The notes beneath the pieces were generated by a model, which saw only the letters and a list, made by a program, of their open reading frames with translations, did no database searches and was not told where the DNA came from. Shown here one piece after another: positions 26,790 to 31,809 of a stretch of DNA of 31,809 bases (position 1 is its first letter; each line of letters begins with the position of its first letter). Origin of the DNA: Bacteroidia bacterium (GTDB lineage Bacteria; Bacteroidota; Bacteroidia; Bacteroidales; CAJPTX01); NCBI GenBank assembly GCA_905373625.1, contig CAJPTS010000001.1, positions 1 through 31,809 on the forward strand, given 5' to 3'. The position numbers were made by a program, and so were the translations under genes.

Positions 26790-28922
26790 TTATTTCTCCT
26801 CATGCCCCATCTGAACAGCACCCATGCTAAACTCTTCTTTTGCCGTGAAGTGCTTGATTATTCTATTCGTATCCATCACCAGTGCCACCGTACCATCGCC
26901 CAGTATTGTAGCGCCCGAGATCATATCTTGGTTCTTGTAATGCCGCCCGAGAGGTTTCAACACTGCTTGGTATTCGCCAACCACCGTATCTACGACGAAG
27001 CCGACTTTCCGCTCTTCAAAGTGTACCACGATCACCTGCTCCATGGTAAGCGAGGTCTCGGGCAGGTTAAACTCCTTACGCAAATTGAAGAAGGGGATCT
27101 GCTTACCATCTAGTACCACTACGTCGTTGAACTGATTTACCACCTTTGTGTGTTCTACGGCGTAGATCTTATCTACCGCCGAGAGCGGGATTACGTACGA
27201 GGTCTCGTCTACCTTGACCAGCAGCCCGTCAATAATCGAGAGCGTGAGAGGTAACTTGATTGTAATGGTCGTACCCACGCCGCGTTCTGAGTCTATTTCT
27301 ACCTCGCCGCGTAATTCTGAGATCTTACGTTTTACCACGTCCATGCCTACGCCGCGTCCTGACACGTCGGTAACGCTTTTGGCGGTACTAAAGCCAGGCA
27401 TGAAGACCAGATCGAGGGTCTCGCGTTTAGAGAGCTTCCGGTCGGCAGCTATTATACCTTTTTCCACCGCTTTGTTATGCACGGCCACGGGATCAATCCC
27501 AGCGCCGTCGTCCGATACCTGTATCAGAACATTTGTGCCCGAATAAAAGGCCTTTAGTCTGACAGTACCCTGACGCGGTTTCCCCATCTTCTCGCGTGTG
27601 GCAGCATCTTCGATACCGTGATCCAGACTATTGCGGAGAATATGTAATAGCGGATCTGCAAGTCCCTCTATAATTGTCTTATCTAGCTCAGTATCTGCAC
27701 CTTCTGTAATAAAGCGGACGTCTTTGTTTAAGCCCTGTGACAGATCACGCACCAGACGATGAAAACGTGTAATAAGATTTTCGATCGGGATGAGCACTAT
27801 GCTAAATGCTATGTCGCGCAGTTGCCGACTTAACTTTTGCACGTTCTCTGAGATGACGGTTAGTCCTGGCAAATCGTTCTCCTCGGCAAAAAGAGTGAGG
27901 CGCGCTTGCGTTGTTACCAGCTCTGAGACGAGATTCATTAACTCGTCGAGCTTTTCAGAGGCAACGCGTATAGAAGAAATGGCAACATTTTTAGCCGCAT
28001 TTTGCCGTGTGGCGGGAGCAGCCGTTGCGGTAGTTTCCACTTGCGCAGGCTCAACCTTAGATGGGAGGATTTTGCGGATCGCCTCTAGGTCTGGCTCGGT
28101 CTGTTTAGCCCACAGATCTTCCAGATCTGCTACAAAGCGGGTATTATCTAACAGATTGCCGCTCTCTAAGCGCTCAATTTTCAGATCCGAATCACTCTCT
28201 ACAAAGATAAAGACGTCATCGATGGCATTCTGCCCCTTATCGGTCGCGAGGATAATCTCCCAAGAAGTGTAGCAGAACGAAGGCTCAATCTCGGCGAGTG
28301 GGGGGATTTTTTCAAAGTGCACCTTAATTTTAGCCTTTCCCAACGCTTGCACCTCGTCTACTTGGTAGAGCGGGTTCGTCCCATTATTAAAGATGTCTGT
28401 AACAGGCGCATAGCGGATGAAGAAGGTCTCAAATGCTCCTTTGTCCTCGTCAGCCGCGGCTGGTTGCGTAGGAGCAGTACCTGCTTTTTTTGGCGCTTCT
28501 GCGGGGGCAGGTTTCTTTTCAGTGGGAACGGATCGCCCCTCTATTATAGCGTCCATTTGTTGCATAAGCGCTTCTTGTTCTTGCATGAGCGCAGCACTCT
28601 CGTTCCCCGCCTCGTCTAGCAAATTCTTAAGGTGATCTACCGAACGGAGTGTGACGTCGAGCGTAGCTTGGGTGACCTCTCGCTGATTGCTTCGCACCTG
28701 ATCATAAATCGTTTCCATGTGATGGGTAAAACGATCGATCTGCTCGAAGCCGAACATGCTACTGTTCCCCTTGAGAGTATGCATGATGCGGAAGATCCGC
28801 TGCACGATGTCGGCGTCGTGGGTGTTGTCCTCGAGCTCGAGAACCGCCTTTTCTAGGTCATCAATGAGGTCTACCGCCTCCTCGATGAATTTCTTCTTGA
28901 AATTATCCAAACTAGCGTCCAT
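26790..28922 (-). CDS. cheA: Chemotaxis histidine kinase CheA
   Basis: Hpt IFRIMHTLKG; dimerisation IRV..EKLDELMNLVSELV; HILRNSLDHGIE, DDGAGI, PGFSTA..VTDVSGRGVGMDVV; C-terminal CheW domain. Its ATG overlaps the cheY stop (TGATG). Confidence 0.97.
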   Translation of the reverse strand: MDASLDNFKKKFIEEAVDLIDDLEKAVLELEDNTHDADIVQRIFRIMHTLKGNSSMFGFEQIDRFTHHMETIYDQVRSNQREVTQATLDVTLRSVDHLKNLLDEAGNESAALMQEQEALMQQMDAIIEGRSVPTEKKPAPAEAPKKAGTAPTQPAAADEDKGAFETFFIRYAPVTDIFNNGTNPLYQVDEVQALGKAKIKVHFEKIPPLAEIEPSFCYTSWEIILATDKGQNAIDDVFIFVESDSDLKIERLESGNLLDNTRFVADLEDLWAKQTEPDLEAIRKILPSKVEPAQVETTATAAPATRQNAAKNVAISSIRVASEKLDELMNLVSELVTTQARLTLFAEENDLPGLTVISENVQKLSRQLRDIAFSIVLIPIENLITRFHRLVRDLSQGLNKDVRFITEGADTELDKTIIEGLADPLLHILRNSLDHGIEDAATREKMGKPRQGTVRLKAFYSGTNVLIQVSDDGAGIDPVAVHNKAVEKGIIAADRKLSKRETLDLVFMPGFSTAKSVTDVSGRGVGMDVVKRKISELRGEVEIDSERGVGTTITIKLPLTLSIIDGLLVKVDETSYVIPLSAVDKIYAVEHTKVVNQFNDVVVLDGKQIPFFNLRKEFNLPETSLTMEQVIVVHFEERKVGFVVDTVVGEYQAVLKPLGRHYKNQDMISGATILGDGTVALVMDTNRIIKHFTAKEEFSMGAVQMGHEEK

Positions 28923-29287
28923 CAGCGAAGAACTTTTTGGAGTGCTGCAATGAGTTTTGCAGGCACAAAAGGTTTAATAATCCACCCTGTCGCCCCTGCT
29001 TCCTTCGCCTCCATCTTCTTCGCAGTCTGCGACTCGGTTGTAAGGAACAGAATCGGGATGCGCTGATAGGCTTCCATGGCTCTCACGTGCTTAATGAGCG
29101 TAATGCCGTCCATCTCGGGCATGTGTAGGTCGGTAATAATCATATCGATCTCACGCCCGTCAAGGTATTTAAGGGCATCCGTGCCATCGTTGGCCACCAG
29201 TACCTCGAAGCCTTCGTTTTCCAAGGTAAAACTCACGACCTCGCGAATGCTCTCAGAATCGTCTACTATCAAAATCTTCTTTGGCAT
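28922..29287 (-). CDS. cheY: Single-domain response regulator CheY
   Basis: VDDS, TDLHMP (phospho-Asp), LTTES, KPF; translationally coupled to cheA. Confidence 0.93.
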   Translation of the reverse strand: MPKKILIVDDSESIREVVSFTLENEGFEVLVANDGTDALKYLDGREIDMIITDLHMPEMDGITLIKHVRAMEAYQRIPILFLTTESQTAKKMEAKEAGATGWIIKPFVPAKLIAALQKVLR

Positions 29288-29296
29288 CGTATTCTT

Positions 29297-29629
29297 TTAT
29301 TTCGTGGCCGAGGCCGCTGAGCCCAACCAACGTGAAAAACCAGTATTACGCATCAATTGCTCCAGCTCGTCGGGGAGCGTAATCTTGACTTCAAGTGCCT
29401 CGCCGCGCTCCTGCATGGCGTTTTCCAAGCTCCACAACAACTGTAAGAAGCCCAAATCTATGGTGCTTACTTCTTTTAGTTCTACTGATAGACGTTTATA
29501 TTTATCAGCCGCCTCACGAAAGAAGCGCACGATCTGCTCGATGTTGTCAAGAGACAAATTCCCTTGCAACAAAAGCGCACCGCTGCCCTTCTTCTTTCCG
29601 TCAGACATGTCTAGCTTTGCCGTCTTCAT
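29297..29629 (-). CDS. STAS-domain protein
   Basis: L.GNLSLDNI...VELKEVSTIDLGFLQLL...L...GF pattern; located before cheY-cheA. Confidence 0.8.
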   Translation of the reverse strand: MKTAKLDMSDGKKKGSGALLLQGNLSLDNIEQIVRFFREAADKYKRLSVELKEVSTIDLGFLQLLWSLENAMQERGEALEVKITLPDELEQLMRNTGFSRWLGSAASATK

Positions 29630-29653
29630 ATTCTTTCTCGTGTATTATTTATT

Positions 29654-31468
29654 CTAGAACAACTCCAAGTCATCGTCGGGCGCAGCTTCCTCACTCTCGT
29701 CGCTTCCGCCCGTGAACTGGTCGTGTATTTTTCGTTCACTTTCCATGGTGTAGAGGTCGCGCACGGCGCTCATATCGCCATGTTCAGCCACATCCACCTC
29801 GGCACAGATCCGAGAGCTCATGGAAGAGAGACCGCGTACGATCTCGGCTATTACATTTTCAAAGAAGTCGTAATAACGGACTGCCGCGAGTGCAGACTGC
29901 GTCTCGTCGGAGATGGAGCGGCACGTCGCTTCAATCTTCTTGAGGAGCTGATTACTCTCTTGTTCTGTAGAGAGCAGGCGCTCGGAGAGGGAATGTGAGC
30001 GTTTTACGTTGAGCTGAACGTAATCCCACAGCAATTCGCTCTCGGCGAGTTTCTTGGCATAGCGTCCGAGACCGTCTATACTCTTTAACAAGATGGCATT
30101 TTGTACGCTGACGCTTTCCATATTCCGACGCATGGTGGTCAGCATCTCGTCCACTTGTAGCATGTAATGCTCAAAGTGACGCCCGAGGGTCTTCCGATAG
30201 GGGGTTAACATTACCTCTACTTGCGTAGAGAGACGGAAAAAAGTCTCGACATGAGTGCCGATACGTTTTTGTAACATCGCAGCGCCGTCTCGTATAAGCC
30301 CCACCTCGCGGCTACATTCGGGGAAGACTTCTAGCACACGTGCCAAGAGGGCGTCAGCGCGTTTGAACCGATCTACAAGATCTGTAATAGTGGAGCGCTG
30401 CTCGCGGTCGTCGTTATCATTCATCGTGCTCCGACAAATCGATGCCACCGATGTCATCTCCTTTGCAATGGTACGGAAATGCAGCGCAATAGCTTCGATC
30501 GCGGCTTGGTATTCCTTATTTGTGGCAAGAAGCTGTGCGGCTTGCAGGGTAGAGATGTCTCGAACCTGTACCAGTACCTGTGTCCACGCATTGGTGGACG
30601 CTTCTAGGTTTATCTGCATAAGGTCATCTAACAGCTTGATATGCGCCTGCTGGATGTGCTCCATTTTTTGGCGGATGATATCCTGATACTGTAAGCTGGT
30701 AATGACGTCTGCGATACTCTTTGCCACGCTATCACTTTTCGCACGGATGGCTGGCAGATTCAGGTTAGATTCCTTTTGCTTGGCATCAAAGAGCACTAAA
30801 CCCTGTTCTGTGAGCTCGGTTAGCGTTACGAGGCTGCGTAACCCGCGCCCTCCAATGAGCTCTATATGATGCAGGGAGTATTCGCACTCTTGTAGAAAAT
30901 TCTGGCTAAGCTTTTTCGTCTCTGTGATGTCATAGACGAAGTCTTCCCAGTCGCGGATCATCTGTTGGAAACCCGCCGAGTCAAAATTGTTCTGTAACAA
31001 TGGGGTACGAAAGCTTACTTCTAGAGCTATGAGCTCCATATTTAGAATTCCGAACTCATTGTTAATATGGCGGAGCGGGTATAGGTAGGCGCTCATCGCG
31101 TCCTGAAGGTCATGTACCAAACGAAGTGTTTCGTACTGTTGCTCCTTCATAGAGTCCAAACTCAGTTGTAACTCGGTGCGTCCCGCAGTAAGTTCCTCTT
31201 TGAGTTGTTCATTTTGTTCGTGGGAGAACAGTGCTAAAAGATTGGCAGCATCGGCAGATACACTTTTAGACTCCTTGTAGAAGTTCTTGAACTTGGCGTT
31301 GAGACCTAAAAAGTCGTCCGCAGAACACTGGTGCAGATCTTGTATTTTTTTATCCACATCTTGAAATAGGGAGACGATCTCCTCCACAGAACAGACCTCC
31401 GCTGGCTGTTCTGCTTGCTCTTTGTTCACAACCTCTTCTGTCGCCATTAGTATATCTTCTCGTATCAT
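29654..31468 (-). CDS. Soluble coiled-coil protein, degenerate MCP-like with a CheZ-like motif
   Basis: 604 aa, all helical, no TM segment; SLQYQDIIRQKMEHI; C-terminal YTMESERKIH...DDDLELF; first gene of the che operon. Alternative start 31447. Confidence 0.7.
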   Translation of the reverse strand: MIREDILMATEEVVNKEQAEQPAEVCSVEEIVSLFQDVDKKIQDLHQCSADDFLGLNAKFKNFYKESKSVSADAANLLALFSHEQNEQLKEELTAGRTELQLSLDSMKEQQYETLRLVHDLQDAMSAYLYPLRHINNEFGILNMELIALEVSFRTPLLQNNFDSAGFQQMIRDWEDFVYDITETKKLSQNFLQECEYSLHHIELIGGRGLRSLVTLTELTEQGLVLFDAKQKESNLNLPAIRAKSDSVAKSIADVITSLQYQDIIRQKMEHIQQAHIKLLDDLMQINLEASTNAWTQVLVQVRDISTLQAAQLLATNKEYQAAIEAIALHFRTIAKEMTSVASICRSTMNDNDDREQRSTITDLVDRFKRADALLARVLEVFPECSREVGLIRDGAAMLQKRIGTHVETFFRLSTQVEVMLTPYRKTLGRHFEHYMLQVDEMLTTMRRNMESVSVQNAILLKSIDGLGRYAKKLAESELLWDYVQLNVKRSHSLSERLLSTEQESNQLLKKIEATCRSISDETQSALAAVRYYDFFENVIAEIVRGLSSMSSRICAEVDVAEHGDMSAVRDLYTMESERKIHDQFTGGSDESEEAAPDDDLELF

Positions 31469-31531
31469 TAACGGCGGGCAACTTTGGTTGTTTCTCTAAC
31501 GAGGGCTACGAAAGAAGATTTCTTTTAATTT

Positions 31532-31547
31532 TTTGACATTAGTCACA
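31532..31547. promoter_or_regulatory. CRP/FNR-family-like operator
   Basis: TTTGA-CATTAG-TCACA matches 9 of 10 positions of TGTGA-N6-TCACA, in the divergent gap between the che operon and the next gene. Confidence 0.4.
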
Positions 31548-31550
31548 AAA

Positions 31551-31809
31551 ATGATCGACGCGCACTTTCTCGCCACGCATATTCCTCTTTTTCGTGGGCT
31601 TCCCCCCTTACAGCTTCTCCGAATAGCAAATGAGGTGGAAGTAAAGCACATCGCGCCTGGTATCAATTTCTCTTTAGGCGTTGTGCATTGTCATCCGTGT
31701 GCGTACTTGCTGAGTGGTTTTGTGGCAGTAAAAAATCCGTTAAGTAGTACGCCGTTTTTTGGCCCTTATCTTTTTTCCTCGGGGAAGTGGATCTTACTTA
31801 GCCATAATG
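31551..31809 (+). CDS. Partial ORF, probable cyclic-nucleotide-binding-domain protein (runs off the window)
   Basis: Hand translation, open to the window end: MIDAHFLATHIPLFRGLPPLQLLRIANEVEVKHIAPG...AYLLSGFVAV. IPLFxxL...LxxIA...G and Y.L.SG.V.V resemble the start of cNMP domains. Not in the ORF track. Confidence 0.5.
   Translation, partial: MIDAHFLATHIPLFRGLPPLQLLRIANEVEVKHIAPGINFSLGVVHCHPCAYLLSGFVAVKNPLSSTPFFGPYLFSSGKWILLSHN

Noticed and set aside
29076..29657. 193-aa plus-strand ORF, and other antisense ORFs over che genes, sprA and the RM gene
   Set aside because: They are shadow frames opposite well-supported genes and carry no motifs.
31229..31249. AANLLAL in the MCP-like protein resembles the MCP tip TNLLALNA
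   Set aside because: It is not followed by NAAIEAARAG-like residues and is probably a chance match in a helical sequence.
1..31809. Transposases, integrases, prophage genes, CRISPR arrays, rRNA or tRNA genes
   Set aside because: None was recognised. Nearly all of the sequence is accounted for by the listed CDSs.

Overview
Bacteroidota chromosomal window, probably Bacteroidales-like. Evidence for this is the T9SS genes, TAnnTTTG -7 promoter boxes and signal peptides followed by Gln. Left to right: (1) a single-chain type IIG restriction-modification gene with an AT-rich C-terminal region; (2) a minus-strand run nadC-nadA-acyl-CoA synthetase, followed by a three-gene T9SS cassette (secreted Ig-like protein, hairpin, type-B-CTD protein, PorP/SprF); (3) a plus-strand pdxA-ruvA-sprA-OM barrel run; (4) a small beta-barrel OMP; (5) a 9-gene chemosensory operon (atypical soluble MCP/CheZ-like protein, STAS, cheY, cheA, cheW, cheR, histidine kinase-like gene, cheD, cheB); (6) the start of a divergent, probable cNMP-binding protein. 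The che operon is the most striking feature. It is in a lineage that normally lacks flagella, lies about 2.3 kb from the T9SS translocon sprA, and has no canonical receptor or CheZ/CheC/CheX. It does carry a kinase-like protein whose phosphoacceptor His is replaced by Asn, and a receptor-like coiled-coil protein with a CheZ-type DxxxQ motif. All calls come from motif recognition by eye; no searches were run.
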